In this document: piece by piece, positions 11,250 to 23,169 of the stretch
Layout: every line of letters begins with the position of its first letter
Numbering within the stretch: the first letter of the stretch is position 1
Origin: Octopus sinensis
Taxonomy: Eukaryota
DNA: 64,000 nt
Assembly (NCBI RefSeq): GCF_006345805.1
Contig: NC_042999.1
Coordinates: forward strand, 29,450,001-29,514,000
Direction: 5' to 3'
Notes under the pieces: generated by a model
Databases searched by the model: none
Told to the model about the DNA's origin: nothing
Seen by the model: the letters and a program-made list of their open reading frames with translations, nothing else
Position numbers and translations under genes: made by a program

Positions 11250-12780
11250 TTGCTGCTATCGTTTTACTTCTCAGAGTGCTCAAGTCTTGTTTGCTCAGGT
11301 AGATTTTGCTAGGACAGCTTGGTTGTTAATTATCATGGAACATGTTCAAAGTACGAAACGCAAAATCCTAGCTCTTCCAGCAGAGCAATTTTACGATTTT
11401 GTCCAGCTCTCACGTTAATTCCGATTTCTCGAACTAGGTTGTTAGTGCTCCGAGTGCACTAAAACTACTGGGGTGACAGCCACTCTCTTCATAGTCCACA
11501 TTCAAGCAATTTCGTCTTTTATTAGTCTGTAAATTTTGTTCATTGTTTATTTTGCGTGCATTCCCAGATATTACAAAATCAATAATCTTGGTTTCGTTTT
11601 TTCCCTTACCTTCCACAATATATGGTGCCCGAGCATCGATTAGAGAGATACACTGGGTTGTAAAATCGCACTGTATCTAATATTCTTTGCTTTCGGTAAC
11701 TCGTTCTGCATCATGTTGGTACAATTTCAAAAATAGCTTGAGAGGCGGTTGGATGGAACCTACACTCGCCTCCTTATGAGAGCTCAAAATCTCTCGTGAA
11801 AGCGCCATCCAACGACAATTCAAATATATTGGAAACTAGCACCTGCGTCATCTCTTGTGAAAGGTAAGAGAGTCCAGTTTGCTGGACATTGTTGTAGAGC
11901 TGAAAAAGAGGTAATTTCTACTCTTCTCCTCTGGAAGCCATCTACTCGCAATACCAGAGGGCGCACACTCTCCTACCCTGATGTAATCTCCAGGGATACA
12001 GGCATCCAGCAACAGGACCTCTGTAATGCCATGATGGACCGTTAAGTCTGGCGTAGCATGGTAAATTCCATTGTCTCGACCACGGTCGGTCGAACAATTT
12101 CCGTGCTCTGTCCAGCCGGTGCTTTTCACTTAGCCTCCACTGGACGAACTTAGCTACAGAATCGAGCATCATTTTGTAGTGCTTTTGGAACAGTTTACTA
12201 CACCCACTGACAACATGTGAGATTGTTTCGTTTTCCCTGCCACACATCCAACAATAGAGCGAGTCGCAGCTCTGATGTGTTTCGAACTTGGTATAATTAG
12301 CTCTCATTGCTTGTTCCTGGGCGCTGAATATCAACGCTTCAGTGCAACTTTTCAGATGACTCTTATTTAGCCATTTCAAAATGTTGATATTGACTCCTAC
12401 TTCGATTCTTCTAAGGTATTACCCATGCAGTTCTTTCTTCTTCATCTTCTTTCTTAAATGTTCTTAGGTGCCACATATTTTCGGTAAAGTCGATTGGAAC
12501 AGCAGCAAGCAGGTATTCACTCCGCATTTTGATATACTATCACAGACTGTTCTTCTCTTTCATAACACACATCATGAATCATGTGGGACCCCTTCCACCT
12601 CTGCACCTAGGCACATACAGCCTAACAGCCTAGCTTTTGAAGTGTAGTTCCTTGTTAATTGTCACATTTTACTGGCTTTCCTGTCCATTTCCTCATATTC
12701 GTTCTTTGTCTAACTAACATGGCCTGCAACGCATCACAGTATGGAACACAAGCCATGTGTTCATTGCCCTCACTGCTATC
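11250..12780 (-). mobile_element. 5'-truncated R4/Dong-like LINE (thumb, CCHC knuckle, restriction-like endonuclease), split by an RTE insertion
   Basis: RLYVPRCRGGRG; LKSCTEALIFSAQEQAMRANY..CWMCGRENETISHVVSGC; then KIIDF.ISGNAR and GALT-like RLE-domain motifs. Triplet repeats flank both ends. Confidence 0.85.
11729..12101 (+). mobile_element. 5'-truncated RTE-clade LINE 3' end with 8-bp TSD (ACAATTTC)
   Basis: ERRLDGTYTRLLMRAQNLS*KRHPT..RVQFAGHCCRAEKEVISTLLLWKP..LSYPDVISRDTG..AMMDR*VWRSMV. TSD at 11721-11728 and 12094-12101. Confidence 0.88.
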
Positions 12781-12837
12781 ATTATTATTATTATTATTAT
12801 CATTGCTGCTACTACTACTACTACTACTACTACTACT

Positions 12838-13290
12838 GAGTGAGAGAGCACTGCTTGCCATGAAATTTGTACCGGGGTAAAATATACGAAGACCAGTATA
12901 CCCTTCATGACTATCCCTCTGATAAGGGCACACCAGGCACATGCATCACGGCTATATGTTCGCGGCATAATGATCTCATATCAAGACAAGCAGCACATGT
13001 CCAGTTAAAATTTTCTTCTGGTCGAGAAACACATCCTGCTCAAAAGGTCCCTGAATAAGGGCTGTTCAATGACATTGAACGAAACACCCATGTTCCCAGA
13101 GGTGAAGTTTTCAAACTCCAAAGATTCCCTCTCAATACATGGCTATGATGCTCCCCCACTAGAGTTGCACATATCGTCAGGTACTAAGGGATATGGTCAA
13201 CTGGTTAAGAGCAAACAACTAATTAAGCAAATCCGTAGTACTGAACAGAATATTTGCTGTAGCCCATCTTTTATACCAAGACAAAACAAT
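12838..13290. repeat. ~450-bp non-coding interspersed repeat embedded between triplet arrays
   Basis: GC-richer block bounded by (TAC/TAT)n and (GTT/ATT)n. Recalled as a common octopus repeat; not verifiable from this window alone. Confidence 0.4.
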
Positions 13291-13361
13291 GTTGTTGTTG
13301 TTATTATCATTATTATTATTATTATTATTATTGTTGTTGTTTTTATTTTTATTATTAATAT

Positions 13362-13443
13362 CCATGTCACTACCTGGAATCGAACTCTGAATATTGGCGT
13401 TAGTAGCCCGCGCCTTTAACCACTGTGCCATATACCTACGGGC
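13362..13443 (-). mobile_element. tRNA-derived SINE head followed by an (AAT/AAC)n tail
   Basis: Minus strand TGGCACAGTGGTTAAAGG (A box) ... GAGTTCGATTCC (B box); acceptor stem does not close. Confidence 0.7.
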
Positions 13444-13444
13444 A

Positions 13445-14440
13445 TATTTAATTAGATATAGCTAAGAAATAGCATTTGGTATGCATATACCGCTTTATCT
13501 AGGTTAGGCTCATTTCCCTTTGACTTAATTATCGTTCTCATCCTTCTCATGCACTCTTCTATTCTATTTTTTGTTTCTATAATTAGTACTTCATCAGACT
13601 TTAATACTTCTAGATCTGTATAATGTTCTACTCCCTGTAATAATTTTATCGTCTGGTCGTCTAGTATCTAAATCTTCTCATTGCTAATTACCTGTCTCTT
13701 CTTTATAACTAATGTTGAGCACTTATCTCTGCCAAATTCCATACCTGTATCTTTCATGAAGTCTTACAGTTTGTACTAAACGATATATTGTTTTTCCATC
13801 TTTTTACTAACACCCATCAACTCATTTATGTAGAGTAGATGGTTAAGCTTCCATTTACTTGCTCTAAATAGAGTCTACCTTTGCTTTTCTTACTACTAAA
13901 CTAGGGTAGATGGATTAAACACAATATATAAATTAAAGCGGATAAAGAGTCTGCCCTGAAAATACTTATTTTGCAATTCATTTTCTCAAAGGCTTTGTCA
14001 CCTGAGTAGAGCTGTACTTTCATTGCCTCAGGCAATTAACTCTCTTACCTTAGTTGCAATACAAAATATACTTAAACATTATTTTATCCCATAGTATGGC
14101 ATCATATCAAAGACTTCCTTAAAATATTCACATAGCATTCCTTCTGTATTTAACTTCTTTTAGAACTGCTTTGCTGATTTGTAATAGATCATGCGTTGTT
14201 CAAGGCATCGACCTGCAAGCATTCTGTTCTTCTGAAAGAAAATTCTGGATGCTATGTTTCTCGTAACTGCTTTCTTGTAGGCTACTGTTTAGAACTTCCG
14301 ATTATTATTATAATTATTGGTTATATTGACATGGGGGCGAAAAGCAGACACTGAATGCGATTGAGCATTCACGTCCATGACTTACAAGACATGGTGGTCT
14401 GCAGATGCTGGAGGGGAAGACATGTTATAGCAGTTGATTT
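13445..14440 (-). mobile_element. Decayed R4/Dong-like reverse-transcriptase domain
   Basis: Fragmented motifs: EEQ.AC, DLLQISKAVLKEVK, FQG.LL, KLNHLL, GMEFG.DKCSTLVIKK; many stops and frameshifts. Confidence 0.75.
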
Positions 14441-14701
14441 ACATATTTTAATTAGATGTAACATCAATAAAAATCTATTGTGAAATATACAAAATGCTTA
14501 TTATATTTTTCCCTGGTTAAACATTTATAGTCATTCGCTTAAACATGGAATGTTGAGCTCTTTTTAGATTGCGTTGTATCCAAATCTGCCCTGTTCACGT
14601 ATTTCGTACGCAGTTCTGTTTAAAACGATATTATCCTTCAGCGATGGGTGCTGAGCCTGATTGCACTGGCTTTCACACACACGTATACATACACACACAC
14701 A

Positions 14702-14773
<72 letters not shown>

Positions 14774-15476
14774 TATAATGATTATTATTCAATTATAGTG
14801 ATGATAACTATAATAATGATAATAACATTATTAGAAATTAAATATATTTATATAATTTTAATGAAGGCATATATTAATTTTGACTACAATTCTATTTCTA
14901 TCAAAGCTGGTACTACTCTCATTCCCTTCATTATATATATATATATAAGAGGCAGGCAACAGGTTGCTTAGCCACATACCGAACAAATTAGAAATAGCAG
15001 TCGATGACTGTTTATTTCTAGTTTCTACAAATGAAACTCCACATACGACATATCCCTGTAATTCGGATATGCAAAACAGAAGGAAGAAATAACGAAAACA
15101 ATGTCTAACGGTCATTTACGAACGCGTTTCTAGATTAGGAATACAATCAAATATAAATTCCATGTCTTTCATCAGCGTAAACCTCCACTAAAATAGATTT
15201 ATGAAATGCTACGTACCTCCACTCTCGATCAGGCGACATCGAAATAGTGGAAGAAAGGAAGCATAGGCTAAACTATATAGACGATTGAATTCGTAAATTT
15301 TCCCTCCAAAATTTTACCATGAGTATTACAAAAATAGTTCTTTAGAGATAGAAATTATGGGTTGTCGTAAGGGAGTAAACATTCCAATTAGTAATATAAT
15401 AAGAGTAAATAAAAGCATAATGGCTTTTAAAAAAAACTGGTAGATTTCGGCATGTAAATATATATATATATATATG

Positions 15477-15514
<38 letters not shown>

Positions 15515-15872
15515 CTATCAGTATCGCCCGGCGTTGCTCGGGTTTGTAAGGGAAATAACTATATAAACATTTTTAGAGATGTAAAGTATAATAGCCATCT
15601 CAATATGGCTAACCACAAGGGGGGGGGGTTACTGTAGCTTTTTACGTTCTGAGATTTAATAATAAATTTTTAGAGAGTTACTTCCCTTATATATGCCAAA
15701 ATGTATTAAAATCGGAAAAATTGATGATAATTTTTTTTTAAATCGTAGACTCATCGTAGACGCGCGCTAATACCCAGAAGGGTTCGATATGAATCACGGC
15801 TATAAGATACCCAGTTTTGGTTAAACTGCACCGCAAAATGACAGCACACAACCTTAATGTTATGTATAAAGA
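15515..15872 (-). mobile_element. Non-autonomous Helitron, copy 1 (35-bp internal deletion, terminal CTAG mutated)
   Basis: High similarity to 27044-27437; minus-strand 5' TC and 3' hairpin CCCGAGCAACGCCGGG near the end. Confidence 0.85.
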
Positions 15873-15907
15873 TATATATATATATATATATATATACATA
15901 CATATAA

Positions 15908-16000
<93 letters not shown>

Positions 16001-19000
16001 TATAATATATATATATATATATATATACATACATATATATATTACATACATATAAGAATGAAACTTTGTTGCTGCAAACTCTTAATCCAACTATGACTGA
16101 ATGCCGACATCTCACATTGTAGGCATTTCATTAGGATACATGTGGAATTTAATATTTTTGGGTTGGCTTGAAATAAAGCCGAGGATCAGGGATTATTTCT
16201 CGCTGAGATTCAATTCCATTAATGCGCGGAATATTTGGGAATATATATCATTCATCATTAATGGTCGAATTCGGAGTGGAGATTTGAAATTACATTAACT
16301 ACCTCTACCATATATACCATAAAATGAGTATTAGCTTTTTGAACTTCACAATCACAATAAGTACTATTGCCATACTATACCTAAGTAGCTGCTGATCAAT
16401 GCTATCACAGCGAACAATATCATCATTTATTCGACAAATGGTCGCAGTATACATTATAGCATGCAAATAATAATAACGTGATTCATGCCATCATATTTTA
16501 TACAAGTAGACGTAGAAAAAATAACTAAATAAGTGCAAAATTGGAAAAGTGATTCAAATCGTAACATTGCAGAGACGTAAGATAATCAGTGATTTGAAAA
16601 TAAATCAAGAATGTGTTTTTAGTATAGGATATATATGTCTAAATATTTCATATGAATAAAAGATTGCTTTGCCAAGAAAGTTCAACTCATGTCTTCCCAG
16701 CAAGATGATGAATTGTGATTTTGCCAAATTATTTTTATAGCGAGGTTTATGAAATATTTTGAAATTCAGGGGGCATTTTGTAATAGATGTCCTGACTATT
16801 AGAATTAGCTTACTGAACAGTAGGACGTATTTAAGAATTGGTATATAAATCAAAGAAGTCATGTGGTGCACAATACTAAACTTATATATTATCATTTTTG
16901 CCTTGGCACATAAGTATTAGTGAGATATATGTAATTTAGAAATTATATAAATTATTAACTATTTATAAACGACCTATGACAATCATACGTAGCATTAAGT
17001 TACCTAATTAAAATTTCTAATATATCTTACTATTAGACAAAAGAGTGGAATCTCTAGGAATACGTTGCATAATCGTTCCCTGTAATTTACAAATAAATAT
17101 AAATGAACCTTAGGTTAGTGAATCCTTCCATTACACTGATGCTGTCATATCTATAACTAAAAGAGAGTTTGTGTGTGTATGTGTGTGCGAGAGTTGGTGT
17201 GTGTATGTGTGTGCGTATGTTCCGTATGCATTCCAAAATAGAGTTACCCACTTTGACGCTTGAGATATCTAACGAGTCAGTAGTCTGTTGGTTATCAACT
17301 AAACAATGTTTTCATTCATATATTTCCATCATAAAAAATGAACATTGCCATATTACTTTTATTGACCTATAGTAAACGACATTCTATATCACCACGATCA
17401 CGACGAAGACGTCACATTTTCTATATGAGTGTTTTAGCGCGTTTGTTACATACGTTAACTTCATAACTGACAGGTATATGTATGTGAAGGTATATGTGTC
17501 TGTCAGTATACCTGTATTTTTGTTCGACTGACGCACACACAGTTAAAGTCTCGAGTTTTGTGTTAATGTATGTGTGTGTGTTTGTCTTAGTTTATGTATA
17601 AAATTTCCTCCTGCCCAACATCGAAACACGCCGATATTGAAAGTTTACTTGCGGCCAGGACGTTAAACGAACAACGTTCTGCGTCACGTCCTATAACATG
17701 AAAATTTAACACCACTCACAATGGTCACAAATATATCTGTAAAAATATCATTCTGGTTATTATAACAAATTTGGAAACTTGGCGAAGAAAGCCCCATCGG
17801 CTCTTTAAAAATGATTATAGAATTATTCTTCCACTCCTTCTAACAGGTCTTCCTAAGCTTCTTCATCGCTGTGTGTATCCACGTTGTACAATATTTTTAC
17901 TGCGTTATTATTTATTCTACAGCGTATAACGTTACGCCGTCAAAAATACATAGTAAGATCAAATTAATTTATATCTTTCGACATACAACATTCTGCAAAT
18001 ATTTTAAATTAACGTTCACAAGAACAACGATTCCTTCTATACAGCGGGCTCGGTGTTCGTTTCAAAATTGTAAAACAGATTATTTTTGCACGAAAAATAG
18101 GATTATACATTCTGAATTTACAGTGATTTTCATTTTCTTCTCCGTGATATTCAATCATGAATTTTATAACATTTAGTATATGTTCCAAATACATTTTGTC
18201 TTTCTCTACTTTCTTACATTGGTGACGCATGGTAACTTTTGCTAAGTTTTTCAAAGCAAAACTATGCTACAGAACTTACGTATTTCACCTATAATGTCTA
18301 CGTTTAGTAAATTTTGCTAACTTGGTGTCTTTCCCATTTTTATATCATACATATGCAATAGAAAGTATGTTTTGCATCTATATTGACTACATTTCGTTTC
18401 GTTTGAACGTCGTATGCATGCAATTTCTTACTTTCATATATTGTCAATTCTATGAGTGTGTGCTTGTGTTTTTGTGCGTTTCTTCGTTCCTGGCATTTAC
18501 GTAGTAAAGAACATTTTTACTCTGTATTAATGAGCTGACATCTAATGAAGCAGTCATACTTATGGTTGATGATACTCATGAAAGTCATGATATCCTCATT
18601 CTTGTTTGTGTTAACAACCTAAAGCGTATTACACAGACGCATCCGTCTGATGTTGCTCTCCAGTATATACTTATTCTGTGGAATGGACAAGATGGGTGTC
18701 ATTTCTGTTTTCCCCGGATTGAATCTGTAGTTGGCTAGCCAGTTATAAACAAAAGCTGTCGTCTAATGATTATAAACACAATGTATAAATATATATGATA
18801 GATTAAAAGCTATGAATTAAGCATCTTACGATCATTTCGCAGAAGATTTGTCCCTATAATGAATTCCTATATTGACAAGCATTTATAGATAACGCTTCTG
18901 CTCGTCAGAGACATAAAATATGAATATTGTATAACATATCGTATGATAGTTTTTTTTATTTGAAGTAAAACTGTAAAATGGTATTTGTTTGAAATATAAG

Positions 19001-20679
19001 TTAAAATTTAGAAATTATTACTTTTGAGTAGAGTCTTTAAATACCAATATACTTCCTTGGTTGGGATTAGCTGGCGCGTAGATATTCGAGAAGAAAGTTG
19101 TCCGGAACAAATTACAGTAGGACTGAACCCGAGACAATATATATGCAAAGGGACCACTTTTGCAACACGGCCATGTCTCTGTCTAAATCTATGATTGCAC
19201 ATATTGCACTACCGTCGTAAATATTTTTCTGTAGCCACCGTTTGTTTTCTTGACGTATTTTGCATTGTATCAACATTGACTGTCATGGCAGCCAGTCTCG
19301 GTAGAATTCTTCCCGCCCATGCTTTAACGCATAATGTCTGTATTCCGTTGCGTTAGATTGTTCTCTGACATCATGTCATTTACTGACGAGATTATTAACT
19401 TCAACTCGAAATCTGCAATGTAATCTAAAATATTTGTTTGAGTATTACTGCTGCACAAATATTTGAATTATTACTATATCATTTCGAAAATTATTGGTTC
19501 AACTGTTGAGGTTTAGGGAATATAATCTCTGATTCCTTTTATGATTCATTAGATACCTCAACATATGTTTCCCATATTTTGTCTCGCTTTGCTCCCATTT
19601 TAATCTTCAGAGACTACTTTATTTATTTAGAAAATATATTCTAAAACGAGTTTTTGTTGTGCAAAATAGATATAGAAAAACAAAACAATAGCAGAAACTA
19701 CCGAGAATTTAAATCGGTGATGACTGAATATTTAATAACTGGTCGGACGATTTTATTTCAACGTCGTATAGAAAGCTTGCATATGTAACTATTAATTTTT
19801 CTTGATATGTTAGATTTTATTCAGTATATATTGTAGTAAACTACTAGACGATGAATTGTTTGTTACTAGCTTCTGGAATTTTATTTAATTACTAATATCT
19901 ATCCATATTGTCACACATATATCAGTGCTGTAGTTCCATACTCGATTCTAACAGCAAAATAATATGCAATTTCCAAATATTATACTTGTAGTTTAGCGTT
20001 TAAAAGTATGAAATTCGATGGCTACTGTAATTTCAGAATGCAATACACTTCTACATTATCTGTAGTTATCATATGTTGTCCATCCTATATCACAGTCTAC
20101 GGTTTAATGAGAAAAACATTTATGTCAAGTAGTCATGTAGTACATGTAATATACACCAAAATATTCAGTATTTTGCATATGGATAGAAAACATATAAACA
20201 TACAAAGCAGGTTTTGTGGATATTCAAAAGTTTTATGAAAATCGTTATAATTATATTCTATAAGAATACTGTTGACTAACTCATAAAAATGTGAGTGAAG
20301 AGGTATTGCGACTATCATAAACTTAAAGTGTGGTATGATTAAGACATATTGTCGGATGAAGACGATAGTTATGTTTAGAAATTAATTCTTGTGAGAAAGA
20401 GATAAATGGTAAAAACCTAGCATTCTTTGCTGTCTGACCAATCGTAATTTTCATACTTCTCAACTTATAAAAAGTCATCCAAATTCAGAATATTGTATAT
20501 ATAGCAACATCAAAATGATTAAATACTTGTATACTCTTGATTGACAAGAGATATACATTGCCTGGTAAAATTCCTAACATGTGGAAGCAACACTGCTATA
20601 TACGACGTTTAAATGCTATGTTAATATCGATGCGTCATAGCATCTGTTGATCGATTCAACTGACACATTCGTCGTCGTA

Positions 20680-21085
20680 TGGCGGCGAGCTAGGCGAAAT
20701 GCTTAGCGCATTTCGTCTGCCGCTACGTTCTGAGTTCAAATTCCGCCGAGGTCGACTTTGCTTTTCATCCTTTCGGGGTCGATTAAATAAGTACCAGTTA
20801 CGCACTGGGGTCGATGTAATCGACTTAATCCGTTTGTCTGTCCTTGTGTGTCCTCTCTGTGTTTAGCCCCTTGTGGGTAGTAAAGGAATAGGTATTTCGC
20901 CTGCCGCTACGTTCTGAGTTCAAATTCCGCCGAGGTCGACTTTGCCTTTTATCCTTTCGAAGTCGATTAAATAAGGACCAGTCACGCACTGGGGTCGATA
21001 TAATCGACTTAATCCGTTTTCTGTCTTTGCTTGTCCCCTCTGTGTTTAGTCCCTTGTGGGTAGTAAAGTAATAAATAATATGAAG
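20680..21085 (+). mobile_element. Tandem-dimer tRNA-derived SINE with 14-bp TSD
   Basis: Two consecutive bodies (GAGTTCAAATTCCGCCGAGGTCGACTTTGC..AGTACCAG). TSD CATTCGTCGTCGTA at 20666-20679 and 21086-21099. Monomer of the same family at 54456. Confidence 0.92.
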
Positions 21086-22013
21086 CATTCGTCGTCGTAA
21101 CCGACGGAATGCCAGGTAGGTATTGATGCACACTAACGTTTTATAATATCTGCTTGAGAAAATCTTATTCAATGATTCACATGATAATTAATAAACAATT
21201 ACTGAAACAGTAAACATTATTAAATAATTTATAGAAATTGAAAGAGAAATAATATAATTTCAACAACAGATTTTTCGAAAACACATTAAAATTAATATTC
21301 TAAATCTGAAATTTCAATTCGTTATTAAATTTTATATTAGTAATCTGGTAAAGAGGAACAATTCAAAAAGGATATTCAAATGTAAATATATATTTTGTTT
21401 CAATTTAAGTGCATCTCTGTGTGCCTTTGTGTGTCTCTGTTAATGTCACCGTGTGTGCATGAGTACGTAAGCGATTACGTTTTTGTGTATTTCCACAATT
21501 ATAATTCACAAGGAAAGAATAATGTTTTTCCTTTACATTCTTAAAACATGTTCATGATGGATATTCATTAAATTTCATTTTTATTATAATTAACTTAAGC
21601 ATCTCAAAGTTATATCAACGACGACTTGTGTTCTGGAAATACAGAAGTATGTCTATAATTACATACTTCTGTATCTACATTTTAAAATTAAATGATTGTT
21701 TTAAGACAAACCGTTGAGATTTGTAGGTGCTGGTTAGCTACCGTATTCACACAAAATATATGTCAACTGCTCGATTGTATGCTTGTTGTCCTCTAGTCAT
21801 ATATATCTATGCATTCGTCGTTGTCCATAGGAATGCGACGCTAGGGATATTTGTTTCTTTTTCTTCATTTATTTCCTGTGGTTATATTATGAAATCTTTC
21901 CAGAACTGATATTCACTTTCGCTTAATGTTTCCTTAATAATTATAGTGATAATAATAATGATAATAAAAATAATAATAACAACAACAACAACAACAAGAA
22001 CAACAACAATAAC

Positions 22014-22044
<31 letters not shown>

Positions 22045-22213
22045 TTCTTTTTTAATTTATGTACTAGACATTCACTAGTACAACACAAAAAAACCCCAAA
22101 TATATGGCACACTAGTCATAACAACAACGTGAACTTCCAACTGTTGTCTCTTGAGGTCTCTGGGTGAGACCTGGAGCCAACTTGTACAGATATAAAGCAA
22201 AAGTCAAACATAG
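22045..22213 (+). mobile_element. R4/Dong-like LINE 3' UTR only, inside (TAA/CAA)n arrays
   Basis: Same sequence as ~10000-10170 (..GTTGTCTCTTGAGGTCTCTGGGTGAGAC..AAAAGTCAAACATAG), followed by (TAA)n. Confidence 0.88.
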
Positions 22214-22246
22214 AATGATAATAATAATAATAATAATAATAATAAT

Positions 22247-22690
22247 TTCATGTATTTGCCACAAGGGATAATACAAAGACAAACATGATGTGTGGAGGCT
22301 TACATATGATGAAGTTATGAAAACGAAAAGGGGAGGGAACAAACAAATTATGTATACACGGTATACAGTGAGAAAGAAAGGAGATATGAATAGCTTACAA
22401 AGGTTAAACAAAATAGTGGCAGGGTCGATGATAGAGATGTGACACCCATGATGCAGGAAAATCTCTGCGTATAATCACGGAACACCATTGTGCGAGATTT
22501 CCCTGAAACCTCAGGAGCAAGAGCCCCCTCCAATCACTTCCCCGAGGTACAAGTCTACACCTCGACAGGTACCGACCAATCTTTCCATTTTTGCAACACT
22601 CACACACCTTTCAATAAGAACACTCAATGATAGCACTTCCTCACTGCTCTCAAATTCCTTTGTAAGTGAAAATTCAGGGCCATAACAAAG
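22247..22690 (-). mobile_element. Probable L1/Tx1-like LINE 3' end
   Basis: Minus strand EEVLSLSVLIERCVSVAKM resembles Tx1 ORF2 C-termini; followed by a pyrimidine-rich 3' UTR running into the TAA array. Confidence 0.45.
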
Positions 22691-23037
22691 ACACTGAAAT
22701 AGAGCGTGCAGAACGGTTTCGTCACTCTGAGCGCAAGTCTACCAGCATCACCACGCCTGTAGAATTTATTTGGAATCTCAGTTCGAGACATATGTCAAAC
22801 AAATCGCAATTGACTTGAGAACAGAGTAAACCCCAAAAGCCGCTCTGCTGGGGACAGGTAAGATTTTGAGAATGGTAATTGTATGTCGAATGCTTGCTAC
22901 GATAATTAAGAACCAAATACCAAAGAATATAAGGTGTAGAATAAGTACCTATATGATCTGTGACGGTAGGCTGCGGTACGCACTCATACGATATACCAAA
23001 ATAAACGACTCCTAATATACTTAAATGTAAAACGAAA

Positions 23038-23039
<2 letters not shown>

Positions 23040-23075
<36 letters not shown>

Positions 23076-23127
23076 ATACTACTACTACTACTACTAACTA
23101 CTACTACTACTACTACTAATAATAATA

Positions 23128-23163
<36 letters not shown>

Positions 23164-23165
23164 TA
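23040..23165. repeat. (TAC)n then (TAA)n microsatellite
   Basis: Direct reading. Confidence 0.95.
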
Positions 23166-23169
23166 ATTA

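Noticed and set aside
12917-12930. CTGATAAGGGC resembling the miR-184 3' end
   Set aside because: Seed and 5' half do not match; no hairpin.
13362-13443. Functional tRNA genes (also 35096, 56008, 60843)
   Set aside because: A/B boxes are present but the acceptor stems do not close, and most run into SINE bodies or tails.
13585-13600. Other CTGATGA hits (minus 13591; plus 10908, 26044, 26750, 29644, 50579)
   Set aside because: No stem II followed by GAAA; several lie in TE coding relics.
17466-17507. 18-bp hairpin ACTGACAGGTATATGTAT-GTGAAG-GTATATGTGTCTGTCAGT as a pre-miRNA
   Set aside because: Only 42 nt, five G-U pairs from TA/TG low complexity, no basal stem, a competing pairing with 17508-17515, and no match to a miRNA I know.
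21085-21840. Two short GCATTCGTCG..GGAATGC palindromic motifs (21085, 21811)
   Set aside because: Too short and divergent to define an element.
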